A stretch of 64,000 nucleotides of DNA, taken from positions 352,001 to 416,000 of the forward strand of contig CBDCRW010000005.1 of NCBI GenBank assembly GCA_965221125.1. The letters are read 5' to 3'. This document shows, in pieces, positions 51,231-61,894 of this stretch; positions within the stretch are counted from its first letter, which is position 1, and the number at the start of each line of letters is the position of its first letter. This DNA is from Alphaproteobacteria bacterium. GTDB taxonomy: Bacteria; Pseudomonadota; Alphaproteobacteria; UBA828. The translations under genes were made by a program, and so were the position numbers. The notes beneath the pieces were generated by a model. That model did not search any database. It had not been told where the DNA came from and was given only the letters and a program-made list of their open reading frames with translations.

Positions 51231-52106
51231 CTACCCCTTGACCGCGCCCATGGTGATGCCTCGCACGAGGAAGCGCTGGAGCGTCGCCACCGCGAAGAAC
51301 ACCGGGAGCGTGCCGAGCACCGAGAGCGCCGCGATCTTCGTCCAGAAGGTCGACTGGGCGCCGTAGTAGTGGGTGACCAGCACCGGGAAGGTCAGCACCT
51401 CGGTGCGGGTCAGGATCAGCGCGAAGACGAACTCGTTCCACGCGAAGATGAAGGTGAACACCGCCGTCGCGAAGATTCCGGTGCGCGCCATGGGGAAGAC
51501 GATCTTGCGCAGCGCCTGCCAGCGCGAGCAGCCGTCGGTCAGCGCGCTCTCCTCCACCTCCACCGGGATGTCCTCGATGTAGCCGCGCATCATCCAGATC
51601 ACGTAGGGCAGGTTGAAGGCGATGTAGAGCAGGATCAGCCCGATGTAGCTGTCGATCCAGCCCAGCCAGACGAACAGCAGGAAGACCGGGAAGACGATGA
51701 CGATGGGCGGGATCATCCGCTGCGAGATGATCCAGATCGCGAGGTTCTGCCCGCCGGTCTTGAAGCGCGCGATGCTGTAGGCGGCCGCCGTGCCGATCAC
51801 CATGGCGACGACCGTGGACACGGTGGCGATGATCAGGCTGTTGTAGATGGCCCAGACGTCGCCGTCCTTGAACAGGACCCCGAAGATGCGAAAGGTCGGC
51901 TGCTCGGGGAACCAAACCGGCGGGCGGGCGAAGATGTCGCCTGCCGACTTGATCGACGTGATGAAGAGCCAGTAGACGGGGAAGAGGAAGAACACCAGCA
52001 CCACCAGCGCGAGCAGGAAGCGCCAGGCCAGGCGGCGGCGCTCGCGGGTGAGCCAGTGCGGCCAGCGGCTGGGGGGCTGGGGGGCCGGCGTGTCGGATAC
52101 CGTCAT
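51231..52106 (-). CDS. Carbohydrate ABC permease (MalG-like)
   Basis: EESALTDG loop, FIFAWNEF. Confidence 0.92.
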   Translation of the reverse strand: MTVSDTPAPQPPSRWPHWLTRERRRLAWRFLLALVVLVFFLFPVYWLFITSIKSAGDIFARPPVWFPEQPTFRIFGVLFKDGDVWAIYNSLIIATVSTVVAMVIGTAAAYSIARFKTGGQNLAIWIISQRMIPPIVIVFPVFLLFVWLGWIDSYIGLILLYIAFNLPYVIWMMRGYIEDIPVEVEESALTDGCSRWQALRKIVFPMARTGIFATAVFTFIFAWNEFVFALILTRTEVLTFPVLVTHYYGAQSTFWTKIAALSVLGTLPVFFAVATLQRFLVRGITMGAVKG

Positions 52107-53017
52107 CGCGCAATCTCCACGCGCTTCAAGGCGAAGATGACGATGATCGAGAGCAGGATGATCACCAGGAAGGCGATCGCCCCCGCGTAGCTCGTCTCGA
52201 ACTCCTTGAAGGCCCGGATGTAGGTGTAGATCGAGATCGTCTCGGTCATCGTGCCGGGGCCGCCCTTGGTCATCGCCCAGATGATGTCGAAGATGCGGAA
52301 GAGGTCGAGCGCGCGGATCAGGATGGCGATGATGAGCACCGGCTTGATCACCGGCAGCGTGATCTTGAAGAAGATCTTCCAGAACGAGGCGCCGTCGATC
52401 TCGGCCGCCTCGATCAGGCTGCGGTCAACGTTCGACAGCGCGGCCAGCAGGATCAGGAACATGAACGGCGTCCACTGCCACACTTCGCAGATCAGGATCG
52501 CCGGATAGACCCACTCCGGCCGGGACAGCCAGAGGATCGCCACGTGCTCCGTCGTGAACCAGTTGATGATCTGGTTGATCGGCCCGTACTGGTTGTCGAA
52601 CATCAGCCGCCAGGTCGAGCCCGCGACGATCGGCGAGATGACGGTGGGGATGATCAGGAGGGCGATGAACACCTGCTTGAGCGGCATCTTCTCGAGGAAG
52701 AGCTGCGCCATGAGCAGGCCCAGCACCAGCTCGATGGGGAGCGCGATGGCCAGGATCAGGAAGGTGTGGCCCATCGATTCCCAGAGCCGCGTGTCCGAGA
52801 AGAGGGCTGCGTAGTGCTTGCCGCCGGACCAGGAGGTGTCCTCGGCCAGCATGGTGATGTCCTGGAAGCTGACGATGCCGGTGTGGATCAGCGGGTAGAG
52901 GCCGACCATCAGGAGCACGATGATCGAGGGCGCGATCACCAGCCACTTGAAGTGCCGGTCGGCGAAGATGCTCGCGCGGCGACCGATGTGCGGGTTCCGG
53001 CCCGCGACGGCCGTCAT
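52103..53017 (-). CDS. Carbohydrate ABC permease (MalF-like)
   Basis: WQWTPF, EAAEIDGA, TKGGPG. Confidence 0.92.
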   Translation of the reverse strand: MTAVAGRNPHIGRRASIFADRHFKWLVIAPSIIVLLMVGLYPLIHTGIVSFQDITMLAEDTSWSGGKHYAALFSDTRLWESMGHTFLILAIALPIELVLGLLMAQLFLEKMPLKQVFIALLIIPTVISPIVAGSTWRLMFDNQYGPINQIINWFTTEHVAILWLSRPEWVYPAILICEVWQWTPFMFLILLAALSNVDRSLIEAAEIDGASFWKIFFKITLPVIKPVLIIAILIRALDLFRIFDIIWAMTKGGPGTMTETISIYTYIRAFKEFETSYAGAIAFLVIILLSIIVIFALKRVEIAR

Positions 53018-53157
53018 GCGCAGACTCTCACCGCCGGAACGCCGGCGGGGTCAGAAACCGCTCCCGCCATGCCGCTCCCGTCCATGCCGGCCCGCTGCGT
53101 TCCATCCGCACAGCCGTGAGAGGTAACGGAAACGCCCGCGGGGCGCAACGTTCGCCG

Positions 53158-53201
53158 TGCCGGTGCGCTCACCGGGCCGGTGCGCTCACCGTGCCGGTGC
53201 G
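53158..53201. repeat. 17-bp tandem repeat (2.5 copies) with internal dyad CGGTG-CGCT-CACCG
   Basis: Units 53158-53174, 53175-53191 and partial 53192-53201, in a divergent intergenic region. Confidence 0.75.
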
Positions 53202-53315
53202 GCGATGCGCGATCGGCCATGGCACGGCGGCCGCTTGCGCGTATGATGCGGCGGCAATCGGAACGGCGGGGCCCCGCATGAGCAGGGGCCGTGCGGGCAA
53301 GAGGGAGATTGTCGG

Positions 53316-53765
53316 ATGAGTCAGATCGGCTACGCCATGCAATTCAAGGGGTCCGCCGGGCCGAAAGAGGGCAAGGAAAACGAGCTCTGGGCCAAGTCGG
53401 GCTCCACTACCAACGGGCTCTCCACCGCGCTCGGCGCAGGCGGCCCCACCCTCGCCATCGACGAGGCGGCCTCGCAGCGGGCGACGTTCACGTCCAACGT
53501 GCAGATTCTCGAGGACGGCACGTTCACCGAGGACGGGACCATCGATTTCGGCGAGGCCGGCACGCTCGACTTCAGCACCATCGGTACCGGGTGGATGGGG
53601 CCGAGCGCGGTGGACGGGCTCACGCACGGCGGAATCAGCTGGCGGATCGACGGCGGCACGGGCCCGCTCGCGGGCGCGAGCGGCATCATCACCTCCAACT
53701 TCACCGTCTCGGGCGCCGGCGAAGTCACCGACAACCAGTGGGGCGTGATCTTCGTCGGTGACTGA
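53316..53765 (+). CDS. Hypothetical beta-rich protein (149 aa)
   Basis: GGGAG RBS, host-like codon usage, IDGGTGPLAGASG motif. Confidence 0.75.
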   Translation: MSQIGYAMQFKGSAGPKEGKENELWAKSGSTTNGLSTALGAGGPTLAIDEAASQRATFTSNVQILEDGTFTEDGTIDFGEAGTLDFSTIGTGWMGPSAVDGLTHGGISWRIDGGTGPLAGASGIITSNFTVSGAGEVTDNQWGVIFVGD

Positions 53766-53805
53766 CGCGCGCGTACGCTCGCGCACCGGGCGGAGAGCGG
53801 ATGGC

Positions 53806-54477
53806 GTGAGCCGTAGTCCGAGACCGAAAGACGCGGCCACGCTGGTGCTGGTGCGGGGCGGCGCGAATGGGCCGGAGGTCCTGATGGGCCGCCGCCCCCG
53901 CCGCCAGGTCTTCATGCCGGATCAATACGTGTTCCCCGGCGGCGGCGTCGAGCCCTGCGATCGCTGGGTGCGCCCGGCGACGGAGCTTCGGCCCGGCGTG
54001 GCAGCCAGGCTTGCGCGCGCATGCACGCCGGGGCGCGCCCGCTCGCTGGCGGCCGCGGCGGTGCGCGAGACCTTCGAGGAGACGGGCCTTGCGCTCGGCC
54101 TGAAAGCGTCGGACGTGAACGGGCGGCTGCGGCCCGAATGGCAGGCCTTCCACGCGACCGGCCTCGCGCCCGCGCTCGACAGGCTCGACTACATCTACCG
54201 CGCGGTCACGCCGCCGGGGCTGCCGCGGCGCTTCAACGCGCGCTTCTTCCTCGCCCGCGCTGACGACGCGTCGGGAACGCTTGCCGGCAACGGCGAGCTG
54301 CTCGATCTCGGCTGGTTCCCTGTGGCGCAGGCGATGGACCTGCCGATCCCCTACATCACCGCCGTCGTGCTGGAAGAGCTCGAGCACATGTACGCCTCAC
54401 CCCCCGATCCCGACGCCGACCGCCCCGTGCCGGTCTGCATCCGCGTCGGCCGCGACCACATCCACAGCCAAGAGTAG
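53806..54477 (+). CDS. NUDIX hydrolase
   Basis: VFPGG...AAVRETFEETG, RRFNARFF; start may be 53758. Confidence 0.87.
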   Translation: MSRSPRPKDAATLVLVRGGANGPEVLMGRRPRRQVFMPDQYVFPGGGVEPCDRWVRPATELRPGVAARLARACTPGRARSLAAAAVRETFEETGLALGLKASDVNGRLRPEWQAFHATGLAPALDRLDYIYRAVTPPGLPRRFNARFFLARADDASGTLAGNGELLDLGWFPVAQAMDLPIPYITAVVLEELEHMYASPPDPDADRPVPVCIRVGRDHIHSQE

Positions 54478-54626
54478 AGCGGGTCCGTCTCCGACGGAGC
54501 CGCGACAGGCCGCGACCGCGGCCCGCCGCGAATGCGGCGCCCTCGCGGAGGCGCTGGCCGTAGGCCAGCTGCCGTGAGCGACAAAGAGTCGAAGCGTTTC
54601 CTGCGGAAAAAAAGGAGACACCTCTG
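54475..54626. repeat. Dispersed MITE-like repeat, copy B (degenerate right end)
   Basis: Starts at the NUDIX TAG; 39/40 and 18/18 nt blocks match the reverse complement of copy A. Confidence 0.8.
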
Positions 54627-54634
54627 CAGGGCGC

Positions 54635-55648
54635 CTACTCCGCCGAGACCCTGACCAGCAGCTTGCCGAAGTTGCGCCCGTCGAACAGGCGCTGGAAGGC
54701 CGCCGGCGCGTTCTCGAGCCCGTCCACGATGTCCTCCCTGTAGGCGAGCCGGCCCTCGCCAAGCCAGCGGGCGAGGCGCTTGCGCGCATGCTCGTAGTGC
54801 GCGCCGTAGGAGTAGATGTTGAAGCCCTTCACCTCGGTCTCGGTGAAGAGGATCGGCGCGAGGTGGCTCGCGACCCTGGGCGGCTCGGTGGCGTTGTAGT
54901 GCGCGATGCCGCCGCAGATCACCACGCGCGCACCGTGAGCGAGCAGCGGATAGATCGCATCGCCGATGGGCCCGCCCACGTTCTCGAAGTAGACGTCAAT
55001 GCCGTCCGGGCACGCCGCGGCAAGCGCGCCCGGCAGGTCGTCCCCGTGCCGGTCGATGGCCTCGTCGAAGCCAAGCTCGCCGGTGAGGTAGCGCAGCTTC
55101 TCCGTTCCGCCGGCGATGCCGACGACCCGGCAGCCGGCGATCTTCGCCACTTGGCCCACGACCGCGCCGACCGCGCCTGAGGCCGCCGAGATCACCACCG
55201 TATCGCCGGGCGCCGGCCGGCCCACCTTGACGAGGCCGAGGTAGGCGGTGAGCCCCGGCATGCCGAGCACGCCGATGGCGGTGGACAGCGGCCCCAGCGT
55301 CGGGTCCACCTTGCGCGCGCTCGCGCCCTGCGCGATGGCGTAGTCCTGCCAGCCGGCGTAGTCGTCCACGATGTCGCCCGGCGCGAAGCCCGGATGGCGG
55401 CTTTCGACCACCCGGCTCACCGCGCCGCCCACGATCACCTCGCCGAGCGCAAGCGGTGGGTAGTAGCGGAGGTCCGTGCCCATCCTGAGCCGCATGTAGG
55501 GGTCGAGCGAGAGCCAGATCGTCCGCACCAGCAGCTCGCCGTCCTGCGGCGTCGGCACCGGCCCCTCGACGAGCCGAAGATCCGTCTCCTTCGGCGGCCC
55601 GACCGGGCGCGCGGCGAGCACGATCTGGCGGTTGCTGTTGGCAATCAT
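54635..55648 (-). CDS. NADP-dependent oxidoreductase (CurA/PtgR family)
   Basis: [38 protein letters not shown]. Confidence 0.9.
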   Translation of the reverse strand: MIANSNRQIVLAARPVGPPKETDLRLVEGPVPTPQDGELLVRTIWLSLDPYMRLRMGTDLRYYPPLALGEVIVGGAVSRVVESRHPGFAPGDIVDDYAGWQDYAIAQGASARKVDPTLGPLSTAIGVLGMPGLTAYLGLVKVGRPAPGDTVVISAASGAVGAVVGQVAKIAGCRVVGIAGGTEKLRYLTGELGFDEAIDRHGDDLPGALAAACPDGIDVYFENVGGPIGDAIYPLLAHGARVVICGGIAHYNATEPPRVASHLAPILFTETEVKGFNIYSYGAHYEHARKRLARWLGEGRLAYREDIVDGLENAPAAFQRLFDGRNFGKLLVRVSAE

Positions 55649-55775
55649 GGGCGACGCTCCCTCCTTGGCGAGAGCGTTGAGTCTATGCATGGGGCCGGTG
55701 GCGGCAAATTCGGCTGTTTTCGGCGCGTGCCCCCGACTACTCTGGTGCGGCGATGCAAAAGGGAGGCAACGCCCG

Positions 55776-56471
55776 ATGAACCTCAACCCGACGGAGCAGG
55801 AGCGGCTCACCATCTTCACCGCCGCCCAGCTTGCGCGCGAGCACAAGCGCCGCGGCATCAAGCTCAGCCACCCGGAGGCGGTCGCCTACATCTGCGACGA
55901 GCTCCTGATGTGCGCGCGCGAAGGCCGCCCGCTCAGGGACCTCATGGGCTACGGCGCGGAGATCCTGAACTCTGACGACGTGATGCCGGGCGTGCCGGAA
56001 CTCATTCCGGTGATCCACGTCGAGGCGGTGTTCCCGGACGGCGCCAAGCTCATCACCGTGCATCAGCCGATCCGCCCCGGCAAGGCGGAGACCGCGCCCG
56101 GCCCCCGCGCCGGCGAGATCATCACGCCGGACGCCGAGATCGAGCTGAACGCGGGCCGGAAGACCGGGGCGGTCAGGGTGACCAACACCGGCGACCGCCC
56201 GGTGCAGATCGGCAGCCACTTCCACTTCTTCGAGGTCAACCGGGCGCTCGATTTCGACCGGGCGTCGACTTTCGGCATGCGCCTCGACATTCCCTCCGGC
56301 ACCGCGGCCCGCTTCGAGCCGGGGCAGGAGAAGGAGGTGGCGCTGGTGGAGTTCGGCGGCAGAGGCCGCATCAGCGGCTTCAGCAACCTCACCGAGGGCA
56401 TGATCGACTCGCCCGAGGTCAAGGAACAGGCGATTGCCCGCGCGAAGGCGGGCGGCTTCCGGGGAGCGTAG
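55776..56471 (+). CDS. ureAB: Urease-like gamma/beta fusion subunit
   Basis: [56 protein letters not shown]. Confidence 0.9.
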   Translation: MNLNPTEQERLTIFTAAQLAREHKRRGIKLSHPEAVAYICDELLMCAREGRPLRDLMGYGAEILNSDDVMPGVPELIPVIHVEAVFPDGAKLITVHQPIRPGKAETAPGPRAGEIITPDAEIELNAGRKTGAVRVTNTGDRPVQIGSHFHFFEVNRALDFDRASTFGMRLDIPSGTAARFEPGQEKEVALVEFGGRGRISGFSNLTEGMIDSPEVKEQAIARAKAGGFRGA

Positions 56472-56475
56472 GCAA

Positions 56476-58185
56476 ATGGTGAAGATCGCGCGCGAGACCT
56501 ATGCCCGCTACTACGGGCCGACCAAGGGCGACAAGATCAGGCTGGGCGACACCTCGCTGATCGGCGAGATCGAGCACGACCACACCGCTTACGGCGACGA
56601 GTGCTGGACCGGCGCGGGCCGGGTGATGCGGGACGGCATGTCCTACGACGCCCACACGTCCGCCGCCGACGGCGCCATCGACATGCTGGTGGAGAACGCG
56701 ACCGTCATCGACCCCGTGCTGGGCCTGGTGAAGGCCGACATCGGCATCAAGGACGGCAAGATCGCGGGCGTCGGCAAGGCCGGCAACCCCAACACGCAGG
56801 ACGGCGTGGATTCCAACCTCGTCTGCGGCCCCAACACCACCTACTACCCCGCCAGCGGGCTCATCGTGACGCCGGGCGGCATCGACGTGCACGTCCACTG
56901 GATGTCGGCGGACCAGTGCAACCACGCGCTGGCGAGCGGGCTCACCACCATGATCGGCGGCACCATGGGGCCGCTCTTCGCCATCGACTGCGGCGGCCCG
57001 TGGAACACCTACCGCATGCATGAGGCATCCGAGGCCTGGCCGATCAATTTCGGTTTCTTCGGCCGGGGCTCGTCGCACGACCCGGCGACCGTCGCCGAGC
57101 ACCTCGACGGCGCCATCATCGGCGTCAAGATTCACGAGGACTACGGCGCCATGCCGGCCACCATCGACGCCTGCCTGCGCGCCTCGGCCGAGCACGACTT
57201 CGCGGTGCAAATTCACACCGACACGCTGAACGAGTCCGGCTTCTACGAGGACACGATGGCGGCGATCGCGGGCCGCACCATCCACATGTACCACACGGAA
57301 GGCTCCGGCGGCGGCCACGCGCCGGACATCATCCGCTGCAACGGCGAGCCGCACTGCCTGCCGTCGTCGACCAACCCGACCAACCCCTACACGGTCAACG
57401 TCTTCGACGAGCAGCTCGACATGACCATGGCCTGCCACCTGCTGCGCTACGACCTGCCGGAGGACGTGGCCTTCGCCGAGAGCCGGGTGCGCCACGGCAC
57501 CATCGCGGCCGAGGACGTGCTGCACGACATCGGTGCGGTCTCGATGTTCGGCTCCGACAGCCAGGGCATGGGTCGAATCAACGAGGTCATCACCCGCTGC
57601 TGGCAGCTTGCCAGCAAGATGCGCGACCAGCGCGGGCGGCTGCCTGAGGAGACCACGGCCGACGCCGACAACGAGCGCATCAAGCGCTACATCGCGAAGT
57701 ACACCATCAACCCGGCGATCGCGTTCGGCATCGACCAGTACGTGGGTTCGCTGGAGCCCGGCAAGATGGCCGATCTGGTCACCTGGAAGCCCGCCTTCTT
57801 CGGCATCAAGCCCTTCGGCGTCATCAAGGGCGGCTTCGTCGCCTGGGGGCTGAGCGGCGATCCCTCGGGCAGCTACTTCCAGACCGAGCCGGTCGTCATG
57901 CGACCGCAGTTCGGCCACCACGGCCGGGCGCCGGCGACGCTGAGCGCCAACTTCGCCCACCGCCGCGCGCTCGACATCGACGTGCCGGGCCGCATCGGGC
58001 TGCGCAAGCCGATCCTGCCGATCGGGAGCTTCACCAAGCTCACGAAGAAGGACATGCTGCACAACGACGCCTGCCCAGACATCCGCGTCGATTCCCAGAC
58101 CTTCGAGGTCTTCGTCGACGGGACGCTGGCTGCGTGCGAGCCGATCGACACGATCACCCTCGGCCAGAACTACCTGCTGCGCTGA
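56476..58185 (+). CDS. ureC: Urease alpha-like subunit, divergent
   Basis: [37 protein letters not shown]; several substrate-site loops altered. Confidence 0.88.
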   Translation: MVKIARETYARYYGPTKGDKIRLGDTSLIGEIEHDHTAYGDECWTGAGRVMRDGMSYDAHTSAADGAIDMLVENATVIDPVLGLVKADIGIKDGKIAGVGKAGNPNTQDGVDSNLVCGPNTTYYPASGLIVTPGGIDVHVHWMSADQCNHALASGLTTMIGGTMGPLFAIDCGGPWNTYRMHEASEAWPINFGFFGRGSSHDPATVAEHLDGAIIGVKIHEDYGAMPATIDACLRASAEHDFAVQIHTDTLNESGFYEDTMAAIAGRTIHMYHTEGSGGGHAPDIIRCNGEPHCLPSSTNPTNPYTVNVFDEQLDMTMACHLLRYDLPEDVAFAESRVRHGTIAAEDVLHDIGAVSMFGSDSQGMGRINEVITRCWQLASKMRDQRGRLPEETTADADNERIKRYIAKYTINPAIAFGIDQYVGSLEPGKMADLVTWKPAFFGIKPFGVIKGGFVAWGLSGDPSGSYFQTEPVVMRPQFGHHGRAPATLSANFAHRRALDIDVPGRIGLRKPILPIGSFTKLTKKDMLHNDACPDIRVDSQTFEVFVDGTLAACEPIDTITLGQNYLLR

Positions 58186-58190
58186 GCGCC

Positions 58191-59048
58191 TTGGCCGCCA
58201 CCGCCCTGCCGGCCGCCCGGCCCAACGAGGGGCCGCAGGCCGCGCTCCGCTTCGCCCGCGCGCCCGACGGGCGGAGCTACATCGCGCGCCAGCGCGTGGG
58301 CTACCCGTTCCACATCACCCGGCCGTTTCATTTCGACGAGGCGCCGGCCGGCGCGCTCACGCTCTACCTGCAATCGGTCTCCGGCGGCATCTACCAGGGC
58401 GAAGACCTGCAGATGACCTGCCGCGCGGACGCCGGCAGCGCCGCCCACGTGACCACGCAGGCGGCGACCATCGTGCACCGCATGCCCGCCGCGCCGGCAC
58501 GGCAGACGGTGGCGCTGGAGGCGGCGGACGGCGCGCTGCTCGAATACCTGCCGGACCCGCTGATCATGTTTCCGGGCGCCCGGCTTACTTCCGTGCTGGA
58601 GATCGAGGCGTCGGCGGACGCCACCGTCATCGCGTCCGAGAGCTTCGCCCACCACGACCCCGGCGGCGAGGACCGCCGCTTCGAGAGTTTCGAGGCCGAG
58701 TTGCGAATCCGCGATGAGGGAGGACGCCTGCTCGCGCTGGAGCGCTATGCCCTCGCCGGCGACCGCCTGACCGAGGGCGCAGGCCAGATCGCGCGCTGGC
58801 CCGCGCAGGGCAGTTTCGTCGTCGCCCACCGTGGCCCTGCCCGCGAGGGCATCCTGGCCGCTCTCCGCGCGGCCCTTGCGCCGACGGACGATTTCTACGG
58901 CGGCGCCTCGGCGCTTGCCAATGAGGCCGGCGTTGGCGTGCGCCTGCTTGCGCGGGATGGTGCGCGGCTGCGCAGCGGGCTGGAGGCCGCGTGGCGCGCG
59001 GTCCGCCTCGCCCTCTACGGCGCCCCCCCGGCTCCCCGCCGCAAGTGA
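58191..59048 (+). CDS. ureD: Urease accessory protein UreD
   Basis: GGIYQGE, VTTQAAT, LEYLPDPLI; start uncertain (58182 CTG or 58191 TTG). Confidence 0.82.
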   Translation: MAATALPAARPNEGPQAALRFARAPDGRSYIARQRVGYPFHITRPFHFDEAPAGALTLYLQSVSGGIYQGEDLQMTCRADAGSAAHVTTQAATIVHRMPAAPARQTVALEAADGALLEYLPDPLIMFPGARLTSVLEIEASADATVIASESFAHHDPGGEDRRFESFEAELRIRDEGGRLLALERYALAGDRLTEGAGQIARWPAQGSFVVAHRGPAREGILAALRAALAPTDDFYGGASALANEAGVGVRLLARDGARLRSGLEAAWRAVRLALYGAPPAPRRK

Positions 59049-59071
59049 CCCTCGAAGACCCCGGTACGGTC

Positions 59072-59503
59072 TCAAGCTCCTTCCCGAGGCGCGCCCCGGC
59101 TTGAATTGCGTTCGATGAGGTCCCACCGGTTGCCGTATTTGTCCGCAAATACGGCTACGATGCCGTATTGTTCGTTTCGCGGTTCCTCCTGGAACTCGAC
59201 ACCCCGGCTCATGTAGGTCCGATAGTCGCGCCAGAAATCATCCGTCGTCAGAAACAGGAATACGCGTCCACCCGACTGGTTACCGATCGCAGCGACCTGG
59301 CGTTCGCCATCCGCCTTGGCCAGCAGAAGACATGTGCCGAACCCCGGCGAAACCACGATCCATCGTTTCTCGTCTGAAAGCCTCGTGTCCTCAACGAGCG
59401 TGAAGCCGAGTGTCCCTACGAAATAGTCGATCGCCTCGTCATAGTCCGGGACCAGAATCGTGACGGCTCCAACGGACCTCTGAGGGCTTTCAGATTCCTT
59501 CAT
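59072..59503 (-). CDS. VOC/glyoxalase family protein
   Basis: DYDEAI.YF..LGF, YG.VAVF.D.YGN.WDL. Confidence 0.88.
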   Translation of the reverse strand: MKESESPQRSVGAVTILVPDYDEAIDYFVGTLGFTLVEDTRLSDEKRWIVVSPGFGTCLLLAKADGERQVAAIGNQSGGRVFLFLTTDDFWRDYRTYMSRGVEFQEEPRNEQYGIVAVFADKYGNRWDLIERNSSRGAPREGA

Positions 59504-59585
59504 CTCCCCTTTTTCCGATCGTTGCAGGGAGGAAGCCGCAGCTCAGGCGGCGAGGGCGCCGGTCCCGGCGTGCCGGCGGTGCTCG

Positions 59586-60680
59586 TCACGCGCCGGACCC
59601 TCCCTCGGCGGCGACCGGCACGGGCCTGCCCAGCCGGGCGGACTCCTGCGCGGCGAGCGCGAAGCGCAGAACCTGCCGGCCCTCGCGCGCGGTGAGCACG
59701 GGCCGCCCGCCCTGCGTGAGAACCTCCAGGAAGTGGCGCGTGGAAAGCACGAAGCTCTGCTCCCAGCCGGTCTCCACGTCGCGGATCTCGGTCAGCGCGC
59801 CGTCGCGGTAGAGCGCGAGCGGCGCCGCGTCGCCGAGCCGCCCGTGGCCGCCGTTCATCCAGATCACGCCCTTGCTGCCGGTGATCTCCACCCGGTCGTC
59901 CTGGGCATAGTGCCGGGTCGCGATCTCCAGCTCCGGCGAGTGGACGATCTCCAGGTTGCCGATGCGGTTGCCGGGAAAGCGGAACGAGACCATCGAGGGC
60001 GCATCCAGCCGCTCCCGGTGGTCCGCCGTCTCGGTCTGCCCGATGAAGGCGTGGACCTCCTCCGGCTCGCCCATGAAGTGCCAGGCGAGGGCGAACTTGT
60101 GGTGGCCGTCGTCGAACACCAGCGGCCCGCCGCCGGACTGCTCGGGCCGCTGCCGCCAGGCGATGGCGCTCTCCGGCACGTCCCAGGCGGTGGCACTCCG
60201 CCCCGGGTTGCTCTTGATGCGGATGGAGAGCGGCGTGCCGATGGCGCCGTCTGCGATCAGCGCCCGCGCCCGGAGGACGGGCGGATAGAACACGAAGTTC
60301 TCGAACACCTTGAACGGGCGCCCCGAGGCGTCCGCAGCGTCGACCAGGTGGTCGGCCTCCGCGAGCGAGATGCACATCGGCTTCTGCAGCGAGACGATCT
60401 TGCCGGCGGCGACCGCCTTCAGCGCCGCGTCGAGGTGCAGGTGGTGCGGGAGCAGGATCTCGACGAGGTCCACGTCCGGGCGGACGAGCAGGGCGTCGAT
60501 GTCGCCGCAGATGGCGACGTCGTCGAGGCCCCAGGCCGCCGCGCGCGCCTCTGCGCGCGCCGTGTCGACGTCGCAGAGCGCCACGATCCGCGCCAGCGGG
60601 CTGGCCAGGTACTCGATGGCGTGCAGGTCGGAGATGCGACCCGTGCCCACGATGCCGACGCCGATGGGACCGCTCTGCAT
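59586..60680 (-). CDS. Gfo/Idh/MocA family oxidoreductase
   Basis: GTGRIS, PHHLH, QKP, GG...DDGHH. Confidence 0.88.
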   Translation of the reverse strand: MQSGPIGVGIVGTGRISDLHAIEYLASPLARIVALCDVDTARAEARAAAWGLDDVAICGDIDALLVRPDVDLVEILLPHHLHLDAALKAVAAGKIVSLQKPMCISLAEADHLVDAADASGRPFKVFENFVFYPPVLRARALIADGAIGTPLSIRIKSNPGRSATAWDVPESAIAWRQRPEQSGGGPLVFDDGHHKFALAWHFMGEPEEVHAFIGQTETADHRERLDAPSMVSFRFPGNRIGNLEIVHSPELEIATRHYAQDDRVEITGSKGVIWMNGGHGRLGDAAPLALYRDGALTEIRDVETGWEQSFVLSTRHFLEVLTQGGRPVLTAREGRQVLRFALAAQESARLGRPVPVAAEGGSGA

Positions 60681-60840
60681 GTCTCGTCAGCTCCTGTCGC
60701 GGCAGCGGGTGGATACACCGGCCACGCGGCGCCCGCCCGTGACGGCGTTGCGCTGCGAACCTAGGCGGAGTCCGCGCCGCCGTGCAACACGTGCGGGCGT
60801 CCAGGTAGAGGGCCGCGAGCAATCTTGGGTTGAAGGTGCG

Positions 60841-61689
60841 TCAAGCCCCTTCTGCGAGTTCGATCTCGATACGGCAATGGTCGCTTGGTCCCCATTCCTC
60901 GGGCGCGTTCAGAGCACGCACTTTGAGCAAGCCGGCTAGCTCGGTGGAGGCGAAGACGTAGTCCAACTGGCGCTTCGCCGTTTTTGGCGATTGCTGGTTG
61001 GAATGAAAGGTTGGGACATTCTTGCTGTCCCTCGGAAGTTCGTCCGGCCAGGGATCGGCCTGCCTGCCGTTCGGAAATTCCGGCCCGACGCAGGGCAACC
61101 CCATGACCTCCATCCGGTCGAACACGGTCTTGTAGCGGGCGCCCCAGTACTCGCTGCCGTACTCACCGTAGCCTCGCAGGATGTTCAGATCGCCGGCCGC
61201 CAGAATGCGGTGACCATCTTCTTTCGCGATGAACGCGGACAAGTCGGAAACGACGTGGTGAGCGGAGCCGTCCGAGAAAAGGAAGTTGCTTCCTGCTCGG
61301 GTATGTGTGCGCACCCACTGCGCATACATCGAAACGACTATCAGGGAGTTGCCCGAGGGGAGCTTGACCGCTGCAGCGGCAAGCGTGCCGGGCCAACTGG
61401 CCACCAAGTCCCTGGGCTCTGACTTGTCGATCGACCTCGCTTCGATCCAATCGATTTCAATGCGGTTCGAGAGTTTGACAATTGCCGTTCTGAACTTGGA
61501 AACGCCGCCTATGAATTTGGTCTCCCACGGCGCCGAATCGACCTCAATTGCGGGGTTCTTTCGAATTCGTTCTGCGACATCGGGCGGGGGCTTGCCGGCC
61601 TCCTGAAGCAGCGCCAGGTCGACATCCATGTCGAGCAGGCGACGCCACGGTTCGTACCTGTGAGCCATGTTCCAGGAGATGATGTTCAT
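60841..61689 (-). CDS. Endonuclease/exonuclease/phosphatase (EEP) family protein
   Basis: ISWN, LLQE, AGDLN, LDYVF, SDH. Confidence 0.87.
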   Translation of the reverse strand: MNIISWNMAHRYEPWRRLLDMDVDLALLQEAGKPPPDVAERIRKNPAIEVDSAPWETKFIGGVSKFRTAIVKLSNRIEIDWIEARSIDKSEPRDLVASWPGTLAAAAVKLPSGNSLIVVSMYAQWVRTHTRAGSNFLFSDGSAHHVVSDLSAFIAKEDGHRILAAGDLNILRGYGEYGSEYWGARYKTVFDRMEVMGLPCVGPEFPNGRQADPWPDELPRDSKNVPTFHSNQQSPKTAKRQLDYVFASTELAGLLKVRALNAPEEWGPSDHCRIEIELAEGA

Positions 61690-61894
61690 CGCACCTCGCA
61701 CCTTGGGGGCATCCCTAGCTCCTCTGTCGGCATCTATTCGTCTCTACAGTGGTGTTCTGTCATATCGGTATGTTCGCATGGAATACTTTGACGATTTCGC
61801 CGTGTATTCGTTGACACCCAGAGGAGCGATGCGGTTCACTGCCGGATTGCCCAACCATGATGCTGGCATGTCAACCGCACGGGGGGAAAAATCC

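Noticed and set aside
61795-61880. TTGACA / TGTCAA inverted pair as an operator or defined promoter
   Set aside because: The half-sites are about 50 nt apart and no convincing -10 element could be assigned, so it is too weak to call.
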